From: an uncultured beta proteobacterium
GTDB lineage: Bacteria; Pseudomonadota; Gammaproteobacteria; Burkholderiales; SG8-39
Direction: 5' to 3'
DNA length: 64,000 nucleotides
NCBI GenBank assembly: GCA_963789885.1
Contig: CAWBNB010000049.1
Coordinates: 1,304 to 65,303 of the forward strand
The position numbers and the translations under genes were made by a program. The notes below the pieces were generated by a model that did not search any database, was not told where the DNA came from, and saw only the letters and a program-made list of their open reading frames with translations. This document shows positions 51,168-60,160 of this stretch, in pieces; position 1 is the stretch's first letter; each line of letters begins with the position of its first letter.

Positions 51168-52313
51168 ATGCCCGGCGCGCCGGCGACATTCGCCGATCAG
51201 CCCGAGCGCCCTGGGTACGACGCCCCGGACACGTGGCAGCCGCCGCCCGAACCCCCCGCGTTCTCGAGCCGCGGCCGCGAAGAAGGGCTCGCGTTCGCAC
51301 GACGCATGCACGGCCCGCGCACGCTCGGACTCGGGCTCGGGTTCTTCTGCGTTGCGTCGGTGCTCTACCAGCACGGCGCGAACCCGGTGACTTGGGCGGC
51401 ACTGGCGTTCAACGGCTTCCTCTGGCCGCACGTCGCCCGGCTGATCGCGAACCGCAGCCGCGATCCCTATCGCGCGGAGCTTCGCAACCTGATCGCCGAC
51501 TCGGGCGCCGGCGGCGTGTGGGTCGCGCTGATGGGATTCAACCTGCTGCCGAGCGCGCTGCTCGTCGCGATGCTGAGCATGGACAAGATCAGCGCCGGGG
51601 GCTTCAGGTTCTTCGCCCGCACGGCGGCGGTACAGGCCGCGTGCTGTGCGGCGGCGGTGCTCGCGTTCGGTTTCGATTTCCGTCCGACGACGACTATGCT
51701 CAACGTCGTTGCGTGCCTGCCGCTCCTCATCGCCTACCCGCTCGCGGTCGGCGTGGCGACCTACCGGGTCTCGCGCCGGATGCGCGAGCAGAACCGGATG
51801 CTCGCGGCGCTGAGCCGCACCGACGGGCTGTCGGGACTGCTCAACCGGATCGCGTGGGAGCAGATCGCGTACACCGAGATGGCGCGCTGCCGGCGGAGCC
51901 GCCAGGCTTCGTCGCTGCTGATGCTCGACATCGATCACTTCAAGGGCATCAACGACCAGCACGGGCATCCGGCCGGCGACGTGGTGATCCGCAGCGTCGC
52001 CGCGATTCTCGGCCGGACGGTGCGCGCATCCGACGTCCCCGGACGCTACGGCGGCGAGGAGTTCGCGGTCGTGCTGCCCGACACCGACGAGCACGGTGCC
52101 GCGATCATCGCCGAACGCATCCGCCGGCGGATCGAGACGGCGACCATGGGGCGGGAAGTCGTCCTGCAGTGCACGGTCAGCGTCGGTGTCGCGCAGGCGG
52201 AGCCGGACAGCGAGGACGCCGGCGACTGGATCGCGCGCGCCGACCGCGCGCTGTACGAGGCGAAGCGCCTCGGCCGCAACCGCGTCGTGCGCGATGGTCC
52301 GGCGCTGGCTTAG
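51168..52313 (+). CDS. Diguanylate cyclase with MASE2-like membrane domain (AdrA-like)
   Basis: GGEEF active site preceded by an RxxD I-site (RASDVPGRYGGEEF). ATG at 51168 follows GGAAGGAGG. Confidence 0.85.
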   Translation: MPGAPATFADQPERPGYDAPDTWQPPPEPPAFSSRGREEGLAFARRMHGPRTLGLGLGFFCVASVLYQHGANPVTWAALAFNGFLWPHVARLIANRSRDPYRAELRNLIADSGAGGVWVALMGFNLLPSALLVAMLSMDKISAGGFRFFARTAAVQAACCAAAVLAFGFDFRPTTTMLNVVACLPLLIAYPLAVGVATYRVSRRMREQNRMLAALSRTDGLSGLLNRIAWEQIAYTEMARCRRSRQASSLLMLDIDHFKGINDQHGHPAGDVVIRSVAAILGRTVRASDVPGRYGGEEFAVVLPDTDEHGAAIIAERIRRRIETATMGREVVLQCTVSVGVAQAEPDSEDAGDWIARADRALYEAKRLGRNRVVRDGPALA

Positions 52314-52346
52314 AGTCCGCCGTTCCGGCGGCTGCAGGAGAGGCAG

Positions 52347-52919
52347 ATGAAGACGATCGAGCTCACGCAAGGCGACATGGCGCAGCGCGTCGCGCGCTTC
52401 CGCGAGCTGAAACCGCTCCCGACGCAGACGGAAAGCGGCGTCCCGCTCGAGGCGAAGGACGTGATCTACGCGCGGAAGCTGCTGTCGGTGATCGGCCTCG
52501 AGGCCGGCGCGACGCCGATCAGCTCGAACGCGCCGATCCGCGGCGCGGCGGGGATGACGATGACGCTCGCCGTCTGCCCGCCGGGACAGGGGCCGGAGCT
52601 GCACGCGCACGTGAAGACCTACGAGACGTTCACCGTGCTCCGCGGCCGCTTCGAGCTGCGCTGGAACGACCATGGCTCGGAGCGGCTCGTGCTCGAGGAG
52701 CTCGACACGGTGTCGGTGCCGCCGGGTGTCTGCCGCGCGTTCCGGAACGTCGGCGAGACCGAGGGCATCCTGCAGGTGCTGATCACCGGTGGCGTGCACG
52801 ACATGCAGGACATCGACTTCGCGCGCCAGATCGGCGACCGCCTCGAAGCGATCGACCCGGCCGCGCGCGTCTATTTCGAGAAGGTCGGGTTCACGTTCAC
52901 CGCCAGCGCACGGGGTTGA
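52347..52919 (+). CDS. Cupin domain protein
   Basis: Cupin motifs (PELHAHVKTYETFTVLRG...VSVPPGVCRAFRN). Confidence 0.75.
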   Translation: MKTIELTQGDMAQRVARFRELKPLPTQTESGVPLEAKDVIYARKLLSVIGLEAGATPISSNAPIRGAAGMTMTLAVCPPGQGPELHAHVKTYETFTVLRGRFELRWNDHGSERLVLEELDTVSVPPGVCRAFRNVGETEGILQVLITGGVHDMQDIDFARQIGDRLEAIDPAARVYFEKVGFTFTASARG

Positions 52920-52923
52920 AGGC

Positions 52924-53355
52924 GTGCGGCGTCCCGCGGTCGCGCTCGTCGCGGCGTTCACCGCCGGTCTCGCCGCTGCCCTGACGGCGTGCACCACCCC
53001 TGCGCCGCAACCCCCGGCCATGAAGACGCTCGGCGGCACGCTCACCTACCGGCTGCGGATCGCCATCCCGCCCGAGACCGAAGCGATCGTCCGCCTCGTC
53101 GACGTCTCGCGCGCCGACGCGCCAGCGACGGTGATCGCCGAGACGCGCTTCAGGACCAACGGGCGGCAGGTGCCATTGCCGTTCCGGCTCGAGTACGATT
53201 CGGCGCGGATCGATCCCCGGATGCGCTACGCCGTGAGCGGCGAGCTGCGCGCCGGGGAGCGCATCCTGTTCCTGAACACGACGCGCCACAGCGTGTTGAC
53301 GCAGGGTGCGCCGTCCGACAACGTGGAGATCCTGCTCGAACAGACCGGACGCTAA
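52924..53355 (+). CDS. YbaY family lipoprotein
   Basis: Lipobox LTAC. Repeats of the YbaY pattern (TYRLRIAIPPETEAIVRLVDVSRADAP..., PLPFRLEYD). GTG start at 52924. Confidence 0.7.
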   Translation: MRRPAVALVAAFTAGLAAALTACTTPAPQPPAMKTLGGTLTYRLRIAIPPETEAIVRLVDVSRADAPATVIAETRFRTNGRQVPLPFRLEYDSARIDPRMRYAVSGELRAGERILFLNTTRHSVLTQGAPSDNVEILLEQTGR

Positions 53356-53356
53356 G

Positions 53357-54652
53357 ATGACGACATCGGAACGACAGACCGCGCTGCTCGCCGACGCGGG
53401 CAAGTACCTCGCCGGCGGGGGGCTCGGCCTCTTCCAGCTGCCGCCCGATCTCAACCTCGTGGTCGAGCGCGGGCAGGGAAGCCGCGTTTGGAGCGTCGCC
53501 GGGAAGGAGTACATCGACTATCACCTGAGCTCCGGCCCGGCGCTGCTCGGGCACGCGCATCCGGCGGTCGTCGACGCGGTCACCGCCCAGCTCGGCAAGG
53601 GCACCGCCTTCTACTTCCTCACCGCGCCGGAGATCGCGCTCGCGAAGCGGCTCGTCGAGGCGATCCCGTGCGGCGACGCGGTGCATTACACCGGCTCGGG
53701 CACCGAGGCGACGTTCTACAGCCTGCGCATCGCGCGCGCCTTCACCGGGCGGAACAAGGTGCTGAAGTTCGAGGGCTCGTGGCACGGCATGCACGACTAC
53801 AGCCTGTGGGGCACCGTGCCGTCCGCGCCGTCCGAGTACCCGCACGCGAAGCCCGATTCGGTCGGGATCCCGGCGCAGACCGGCGAGACCGTGCTGGTGA
53901 CGCCGTTCAACGACACCGCGCGCGCGGTCGAAACGATCGAGCGCAACGCCGCCGACCTCGCCGCGGTGATCGTCGAGCCGCTCCAGCGGGTGCTGCTGCC
54001 GGAGCCGGGTTTCCTGCCGGCGCTCCGCGAGGTGACGAGGAAGCACGGCATCGTGCTGGTGTTCGACGAGATCGTGACCGGCTTCCGCATCGCCTGGGGC
54101 GGGGCGCAGGAGCGCTACGGCGTCGTGCCCGACGTCGCGTGCTACGGCAAGGCGATGAGCGGCGGCTTCCCGATGGCGGCGGTGGTCGGGACGTCGGACG
54201 TGATGTCGGTGCTCGACGGACGGAAGCGCCCGCGCGCGGAGGTCGTATGGGCGACGCATACGCTCAGCCGCAATCCGATCGGCGCGACCGCCGGTTGCGC
54301 GGCGCTCGACGCGCTCGCGCAACCCGGCGTGTACGACCGGCTGCACCGGACGGGGTCGCAGCTACGTGCCGGCATCGTCGCCGCGGGCGAGCGCCACGGC
54401 TTCGCGGTCCAGACGCCGGGCGAGGATGCGGTGTTCGGGGTCCGGTTCACCGCGCGCAAGCCGCTGCGCAACTGGATGGACCTGACGACCGCCGACAAGG
54501 AGCTCGGCCTGCGCTGGGCGCTCGAGATGATCCGGCGCGGCATCCTCATCAACCCGAACGAGAAGATCTACATCTCGATCGTCCACACCGATGCCGACGT
54601 CGATCGGACACTGAAAGTCGCCGATGAGGCGTTCGCGGCAATGAAGCGGTAG
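53357..54652 (+). CDS. Class III (GSA-aminomutase-like) PLP-dependent aminotransferase
   Basis: YTGSGTEAT, VFDEIVTGFR, and the pyridoxal-Lys context YGKAMSGGFP. Confidence 0.85.
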   Translation: MTTSERQTALLADAGKYLAGGGLGLFQLPPDLNLVVERGQGSRVWSVAGKEYIDYHLSSGPALLGHAHPAVVDAVTAQLGKGTAFYFLTAPEIALAKRLVEAIPCGDAVHYTGSGTEATFYSLRIARAFTGRNKVLKFEGSWHGMHDYSLWGTVPSAPSEYPHAKPDSVGIPAQTGETVLVTPFNDTARAVETIERNAADLAAVIVEPLQRVLLPEPGFLPALREVTRKHGIVLVFDEIVTGFRIAWGGAQERYGVVPDVACYGKAMSGGFPMAAVVGTSDVMSVLDGRKRPRAEVVWATHTLSRNPIGATAGCAALDALAQPGVYDRLHRTGSQLRAGIVAAGERHGFAVQTPGEDAVFGVRFTARKPLRNWMDLTTADKELGLRWALEMIRRGILINPNEKIYISIVHTDADVDRTLKVADEAFAAMKR

Positions 54653-54923
54653 CTGCAGGGAAAACCGCTGCGGTAGGAGGGCCGGGGCGGTCGCCTCGCA
54701 CAGCGCGGCGTCGATCGCTTCGGGTAGGACGGTCATTTTCAAGCCTTTTCTTCCCGGGCCCGCCCGAGCAGGCCTCGAAGGGTATTCGGGGCCGGCGCTG
54801 ATCCGGATCGGGCGCGGGTAATACCACGGGTGGATGGTCGGCCTATGCCTCGGGTCGATTCGCCGGGCTCGCCGGTAAGGAAATAATTCCTCCATCCCGT
54901 CCGCAACCAGAAGAGGAGCGACC

Positions 54924-55253
54924 ATGAAAGCGAGATTCCTGATCAGCGCCCCCGCTTTTTCGCGACTCGGCCCGGCCGCCGGTGACCGCGGCTGGTGCAG
55001 CGACCCCGAGTACGCGCAGCGCACCGTGGAGCGGGTCATCGCGCGGGCGCCCGCAGGCGGCGCGCGCGAGATCGGCGGGCGCCGGCTCGAGGACCTCGCC
55101 GCGATGTCCGGCGAGTTCGCCACGGACACGGTCGAGGAGGTCATCACCGCGATCGCGCGCTTCTTCGGCGAGCGGCCACCGTGCGTGGAGGCAGGGGGCG
55201 TCGAGTACGCCGTCGGGGCGAAGGTCACGGCGTTCGAGCCGCTCGCCGCCTGA
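54924..55253 (+). CDS. Hypothetical protein
   Basis: 109 aa. GAGGAG SD 6 nt before the ATG. High-GC third-position codon bias. No family recognised. Confidence 0.45.
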   Translation: MKARFLISAPAFSRLGPAAGDRGWCSDPEYAQRTVERVIARAPAGGAREIGGRRLEDLAAMSGEFATDTVEEVITAIARFFGERPPCVEAGGVEYAVGAKVTAFEPLAA

Positions 55254-55328
55254 GCGCTCGCCCGCCGGGCGCTTGCGGGCGAGCCGGCTTGCGGCGAAGA
55301 TCGTGCTGGCTTTCTGGAGGACGCGCGC

Positions 55329-56168
55329 TTGCTTCCCGCTGCAGCCGCCGGCACCGTCCGGCTCGGTGACCTGACGGTGAACCGGATGGGATTCGGCGCG
55401 ATGCGCGTGTGCGGCCCCGACATCTGGGGCCCGCCGAAGGACCGGGCAGCGGCGCACCGCGTGCTCCGCCGCGCGATCGAGCTCGGCGTGAACTTCTTCG
55501 ACACCGCCGACAGTTACGGCCCGGAAGTGGACGAGACGCTGATCGCTGAAGCGCTCCATCCATATCCGCCCGGCCTGGTGATCGGCACGAAGGGCGGCCT
55601 GGTGCGGCCGAAGCGGCACGCTTGGGATCCGGACGGGCGGCCGGAGCACCTCCGGCGCGCGCTCGACGGCAGCCTGAAGCGGCTCAAGCTCGAGCGGATC
55701 GACCTCTACCAGTTCCACGCGCCCGACCCGAGGGTGCCGTTCGCCGAGTCGATGGGCGCGCTCGCGGAAGCGCAGGCCGCGGGCAAGATCCGCCATCTCG
55801 GCGTGTCGAACGTCAGCGTGCGCCAGCTTGCCGAAGCGCGGCGGATCGCGTCAATCGTCTCGGTGCAGAACGAGTACAACCTCGACGACCGCAGTTCGGA
55901 CGACGTCCTCGCGGCGTGCGAGAAGGCGGGAATCGCCTTCATCCCGTGGTTCCCGCTCGGCGCCGGCCGGCTGCTGCGTTCGTCGCAGGTGCAGCGCGCG
56001 GCGAAGCACGCCGGCGCCACGCCGGCGCAGGTCGCGATCGCATGGCTGCTGGCGCGCTCCCCGGTGATACTGCCCATCCCGGGGACGGCGTCGATCCCGC
56101 ACCTCGAGGAAAACGTCGCCGCGGCGGCGCTGAAGCTCGCCGCCGCGGATCTCAAGGCGCTCGGCTAG
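55329..56168 (+). CDS. Aldo/keto reductase
   Basis: GVNFFDTADSYG, GTKGG, LYQFHAPD and IPWFPLG. TTG start as given in the ORF track. Confidence 0.85.
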   Translation: MLPAAAAGTVRLGDLTVNRMGFGAMRVCGPDIWGPPKDRAAAHRVLRRAIELGVNFFDTADSYGPEVDETLIAEALHPYPPGLVIGTKGGLVRPKRHAWDPDGRPEHLRRALDGSLKRLKLERIDLYQFHAPDPRVPFAESMGALAEAQAAGKIRHLGVSNVSVRQLAEARRIASIVSVQNEYNLDDRSSDDVLAACEKAGIAFIPWFPLGAGRLLRSSQVQRAAKHAGATPAQVAIAWLLARSPVILPIPGTASIPHLEENVAAAALKLAAADLKALG

Positions 56169-56785
56169 GCCGCCAGCCGCTCCGGAGCGGCGAGCTGCTC
56201 GATCGTCCGCTCGGCGCGCGACAGGGCGGCGACCTTGCTCGCTTCGCTGATCGCCAGCCCTTCCGCGTAGACGAACTCGACGTCGTCGAGGCCGAGGAAG
56301 GCGAGGAACTGCCGGACGAACGCGGTCTCGGTGTCGCCCGGCGTACCTGCATACGAGCCGCCGCGCGTCGCGAAGGCGTACACCTTCTTCCCGGTCAGGA
56401 GGCCCTGCGGCCCCCGCTCGGTGTAGCGGAACGTCACGCCGGCGCGTGCAATGTGGTCGAAGTACGCCTTCAGGGTCGACGGGACGCCGAAGTTGTACAT
56501 CGGCAGGCCGATCACGATCACGTCGGCGCGCCGGATCTCGTCGATCAGCGTGTCCGAGTACTCGACCACCGCCCGTTGCGCTTCCGTGCGCTCGCCGGCT
56601 GGGGTGAGGAACGACTGGAAGCGTTCGGCCGTGAGGTGCGGCACCGGGTCGCGGGCGAGGTCGCGCGCGATCACCACGCCACCCGGATTGCTGGCACGCC
56701 AGTCGGCGACGAAGCGGGCCGCGAGGCGGCTCGACTGGCCACCATCGGAGAAGAGACTCGTGTTGAGCTGGAGCAGGGTTTTCAT
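56165..56785 (-). CDS. azoR: FMN-dependent NADH-azoreductase
   Basis: MKTLLQLNTSLF...IVIGLPMYNFGVPSTLKAYFDHI. Start at the ATG at 56785 after AGGAGG. Confidence 0.85.
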   Translation of the reverse strand: MKTLLQLNTSLFSDGGQSSRLAARFVADWRASNPGGVVIARDLARDPVPHLTAERFQSFLTPAGERTEAQRAVVEYSDTLIDEIRRADVIVIGLPMYNFGVPSTLKAYFDHIARAGVTFRYTERGPQGLLTGKKVYAFATRGGSYAGTPGDTETAFVRQFLAFLGLDDVEFVYAEGLAISEASKVAALSRAERTIEQLAAPERLAA

Positions 56786-56864
56786 GGGCACCTCCTGGTT
56801 TCGATGCCCCTGATATTTATATTTACTGATCAGATAGAAAAGCACAATAATTCGGCCAAAGTCG

Positions 56865-56879
56865 ATCTAATATTTAGAT
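56865..56879. promoter_or_regulatory. LysR-type T-N11-A box, ATCTA-N5-TAGAT
   Basis: Inverted repeat in the AT-rich azoR/LysR divergent intergenic region. It ends 2 nt before the LysR GTG. Confidence 0.4.
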
Positions 56880-56881
56880 AG

Positions 56882-57800
56882 GTGGCCACCCCACGAATCG
56901 CTCTCGAGCAGTGGCGCGCCCTGCTGACGGTCGTCGACGCCGGCGGCTATGCCCAGGCGGCGGCGACCCTCCACAAGAGCCAGTCCGCGGTGACCTACGC
57001 GGTGCAGAAGATCGAATCGCTGCTCGGCGTGAAGGTCTTCGAAATCCGTGGCCGCAAGGCCGCGCTCACCGACGCCGGGCAGGTGCTCTACCGGCGCGCG
57101 CGTACCTTGGTCGAGGAGGCGGCGGCGCTCGAAGACGGCGCGAAGGCAATGGCCGCGGACTGGAAGCCCGAGCTTCGCCTCGCGGTGGAGGTGATCTTCC
57201 CGACGTGGCTGCTGCTCGAGGCCTTGCGCGACTTCGCCGGCGAACGGCCGGAGACGCGCATCGAGCTGTACGAGACGGTGCTCGGCGGGACGGACGAAGC
57301 GCTGCAGTCCCGCTCGGTGGATTTGGCAGATCACCTCGCAGGTGCCGCAGGGATTCCTCGGCGACCTGCTGATACGGCTGCGCTTCATCGCCTGCGCGCA
57401 CCCCGACCATCCGCTCCACAAGCTCGGCCGCGAGCTGACCGACCGCGACCTGCGGCGGCACCGGCACCTGGTCATCCGCGATTCCGGCACCCAGCGCACC
57501 CGCCCGGGCGCGTGGACCGGCGCCGAGCAGCGCTGGACGGTGAGCTACAAGGCGACCTCCATCCGGGCGGCGACGATGGGGCTCGGCTTTGCGTGGTACC
57601 CGGAGGAGAACGTCCGCGAAGAGCTGGCGGCGGGCCGCCTCAAGGCGCTGCCGCTGCGGGAAGGCTCCGAGCGCTGGGCGGACCTCTATCTCGTGTTCGC
57701 GGATCCGGACTACGCGGGCCGCGACGAGCGCCGCCTTGCGGAGATCATCCGGGGGTCGGTGGCGAGGACCTGCGCCGGCGCGGCACGGCGTGACGGATAA
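56882..57800 (+). pseudogene. LysR family transcriptional regulator, interrupted by a +1 frameshift near 57329
   Basis: HTH and the first half of the substrate-binding domain lie in ORF 56882-57793 up to ...EALQSRSVDLA. The continuation (VPQGFLGDLLIRLRFIACAHPDHPL...) lies in ORF 57342-57800. Confidence 0.7.
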
Positions 57801-57808
57801 TCTTCGCC

Positions 57809-58210
57809 ATGGACCCGAATGGCATGAACGCGAGGCTCGTGGGCACGTTGCCCGGGCTGCTCGGCATCCGATTCGTCGAAACGGCCGCCGAACGCGTCGT
57901 CGCCGAGCTGACGATCCGGGACGATCTGCGGACCGTTGGCGGTGCGCTGCACGGCGGGACGCTGATGGCGTTCGCCGACACGGTCGGCGCGGCGGCGACG
58001 ATCGTGAACCTGCCGGCCGGCGCGACCACGACGACGCTCGAATCCAAGACCAACTTCTTCGCCGCGGGACGCTCGGGCGTCGTGCGCGCCGAGTCGACGC
58101 CGCTCCACCGCGGGAAGACGACGATGGTCTGGCAGACGCGGATCACCGACGAGAGCGGTCGGCTGCTCTCGCTTACCATCCAGACGCAGATGGTGTTGAT
58201 GCCGCGCTGA
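57809..58210 (+). CDS. PaaI family (hotdog-fold) thioesterase
   Basis: GALHGGTLMAFADTV motif in a 133-aa protein. Confidence 0.85.
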   Translation: MDPNGMNARLVGTLPGLLGIRFVETAAERVVAELTIRDDLRTVGGALHGGTLMAFADTVGAAATIVNLPAGATTTTLESKTNFFAAGRSGVVRAESTPLHRGKTTMVWQTRITDESGRLLSLTIQTQMVLMPR

Positions 58211-58281
58211 CGCGCGGCGCTGTCCTTTCAGCGCGCCGATCGGGTGCTGAGCGAGGCACGCGGCCCTATGGCCGCGGTGTT

Positions 58282-59256
58282 TCAATCGATCTTCATCTCC
58301 TTGATGATCGGCCGGAACTGCGCGAGCTGCCGCTTCAGGATCGCGTCCTGATCGGCGGACGAGGAGCCCACCGGCTCGGCCCCGATCTCGACGAACCGCT
58401 TCGCGACGTCGGGGTGCTTCACCGCTGCGGCGGTCTCGCGCTGCAGGCGGTCGATCACGTCGCGCGGCGTCTTGGCCGGCGCGAAGAAGCCATTCCAACC
58501 TTCGGCCTCGAGCAGCGGAAAGCCGAGCTCGCGCACCGTCTGGACGTCCGGCAGCTCGGGGACGCGCTTGGAGCCGTTGGTCGCGAGCGCGCGCAGCTTG
58601 CCGGCCTTGATGTCGGCGAGCGACGAGGAAAGCTGGTCCCCGCCGACCTGCAGCCGGCCGGCGAGCAGCTCCTGCTTGAGCGGCGCGGCGCCCTTGAGCG
58701 GCACGTGGGTCATCTCTACGTTCGCTTCGCGCTTGAATGCCTCGCCGATCACGTGCATGAACGACCCGGGTCCGGTCGAACCGTAGGTGTAGTGCGCGCT
58801 CGTGTTGGCCTGGAGGAAGGCGGCAAGCTCCTTCAGGTCCTTCGACGGGATCGTCGGGCTCGCGGTGATCACCAGCGGCACGAACACGACGATCGAGATC
58901 CCGGCGAAATCGGTGTCGACGTTGTACAGCGGCCGGTTGGCGAACTGCGCCGCGGCGGACGCCATCGGGAACGTCACGTTGTGCACCAGGATCGTATAGC
59001 CGTCCGGCGGCGCCTTCGCGACCACCTCCGCGCCGAGCTGGCCCCCGGCGCCGGCGCGGTTCTCCACCACGACCGGCTGCCCGATCGTCTCGCTCATGCG
59101 GCTCGCGACCAGGCGCCCGACGATGTCGGTCGTGGCGCCGGCCGGGAAGGGCACGATGATCTTGATCGGCTTCGAGGGGAAGGGCTGGGCGAGCGCGTGG
59201 GGCGCAAACGCGGCGAGCGCGGCGCACAGCGCCGCCCCGGCGAGCTTCGTTCTCAT
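58282..59256 (-). CDS. Bug/TctC family substrate-binding protein
   Basis: Signal peptide plus FPSKPIKIIVPFPAGA and PPDGYTILV. Start at the ATG at 59256 after AAGGAGG. Confidence 0.9.
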   Translation of the reverse strand: MRTKLAGAALCAALAAFAPHALAQPFPSKPIKIIVPFPAGATTDIVGRLVASRMSETIGQPVVVENRAGAGGQLGAEVVAKAPPDGYTILVHNVTFPMASAAAQFANRPLYNVDTDFAGISIVVFVPLVITASPTIPSKDLKELAAFLQANTSAHYTYGSTGPGSFMHVIGEAFKREANVEMTHVPLKGAAPLKQELLAGRLQVGGDQLSSSLADIKAGKLRALATNGSKRVPELPDVQTVRELGFPLLEAEGWNGFFAPAKTPRDVIDRLQRETAAAVKHPDVAKRFVEIGAEPVGSSSADQDAILKRQLAQFRPIIKEMKID

Positions 59257-59367
59257 GTCGGGTTCCTCCTTTGGGGTCCGCGGGTTGTACTCCAACCGGC
59301 GCGGGTTGTCAGCACCTCGCGGGCGTTGCGCGACAATTCGCGCCACGCTCATCCAGGAGGACGCCAA

Positions 59368-59797
59368 GTGAACGCCCGAGCCCAGCGCTTCAACGTCAGC
59401 CACCGCGCCAAGTCGAAGTTCGTGCGGCGCGGTCTGCGCAGCTACTTCGAGTACCGCGACCTCGGCATCGAGCGCGCGACCCGCGGCAAGGTGGTCGCTC
59501 ACGTCATCCGCGCTCGGCCCGGAAAGGCACCGCACGGCGAGTGGCACTATCACGATTGCGACGTGCAGTTCGTCTACGTGCTCAAGGGCTGGGTGAAGTT
59601 CGAGTACGAGGGCGTCGGCAACGTGACCATGCGTGCGGGCACGTGCTTCTACCAGCCGCCGAACATTCGCCACCGCGAGCTCGCGCATTCGCAGGGACAT
59701 CGAGATGATCGAGGTCGTCGCGCCGGCGAACTTCGAGACGCGCGACGCGAAGCCCCCGGCGAAGCGCAAGGCGCGCCGGAAGCACAAACGGAGCTGA
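59368..59797 (+). pseudogene. Cupin domain protein, interrupted by a +1 frameshift in the GGG run at 59694-59696
   Basis: GTG at 59368 follows CCAGGAGG. The cupin core (GEWHYHDCDVQFVYVLKG...CFYQPPNIRHRELAHSQ) is followed out of frame by DIEMIEVVAPANFETRD...KRS*, ending at the TGA at 59795-59797. Confidence 0.65.
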
Positions 59798-59801
59798 CAC
59801 G

Positions 59802-60143
59802 ATGCCTTACCTCTTCATCGCGAGCATGGACGTGGACCCGGACAAGGAAGCGCTCTTCAACGAGGTCTACGACACCGAGCACATCCCGCTCATCAGGAAG
59901 GTTCCCGGCGTGCGCTCGGTGCGCCGCTGGACGAGCGTGCCGCTGACGATGATCATCGGCGGCGAGAAGAAGACGATCGTCGCCGAGGGCGAGCCGAAGT
60001 ACAGCGCGATGTACGAGCTCGACAGCCCCGAAGTGCTGGTGAGCGAGGCCTGGGCGAAGGCGGTCGACGCGGGACGCTGGCCGGGCGAGGTGCGGCCCTA
60101 CACCCGCAACCGCCGGCACGTGCTGAAGAAGCTCGCCGACTAG
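59802..60143 (+). CDS. EthD/Dabb-like alpha+beta barrel protein (hypothetical)
   Basis: 113 aa. DPDKEALFNEVYDTEHIPLIRKVPGVR resembles EthD-type N-termini. Confidence 0.55.
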   Translation: MPYLFIASMDVDPDKEALFNEVYDTEHIPLIRKVPGVRSVRRWTSVPLTMIIGGEKKTIVAEGEPKYSAMYELDSPEVLVSEAWAKAVDAGRWPGEVRPYTRNRRHVLKKLAD

Positions 60144-60160
60144 GGCGCTACCACTTCCCT

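Noticed and set aside
52317-52331. CCGCCG-TTC-CGGCGG hairpin between the diguanylate cyclase and cupin genes, considered as a terminator
   Set aside because: It has a 3-nt loop and no U-tract. The downstream gene starts 16 nt later, so the two genes are more likely co-transcribed.
54362-55796. Minus-strand ORFs 54362-55504 and 54843-55796
   Set aside because: They are antisense to the aminotransferase 3' end, the 54924 ORF and the aldo/keto reductase. They lack motifs and have no plausible ribosome-binding sites.
57589-59367. N-terminal ~590 codons of the 785-aa plus-strand ORF 57589-59946
   Set aside because: It runs through the PaaI thioesterase in another frame and antisense to the TctC gene. 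Only the cupin portion from the GTG at 59368 is protein-like.
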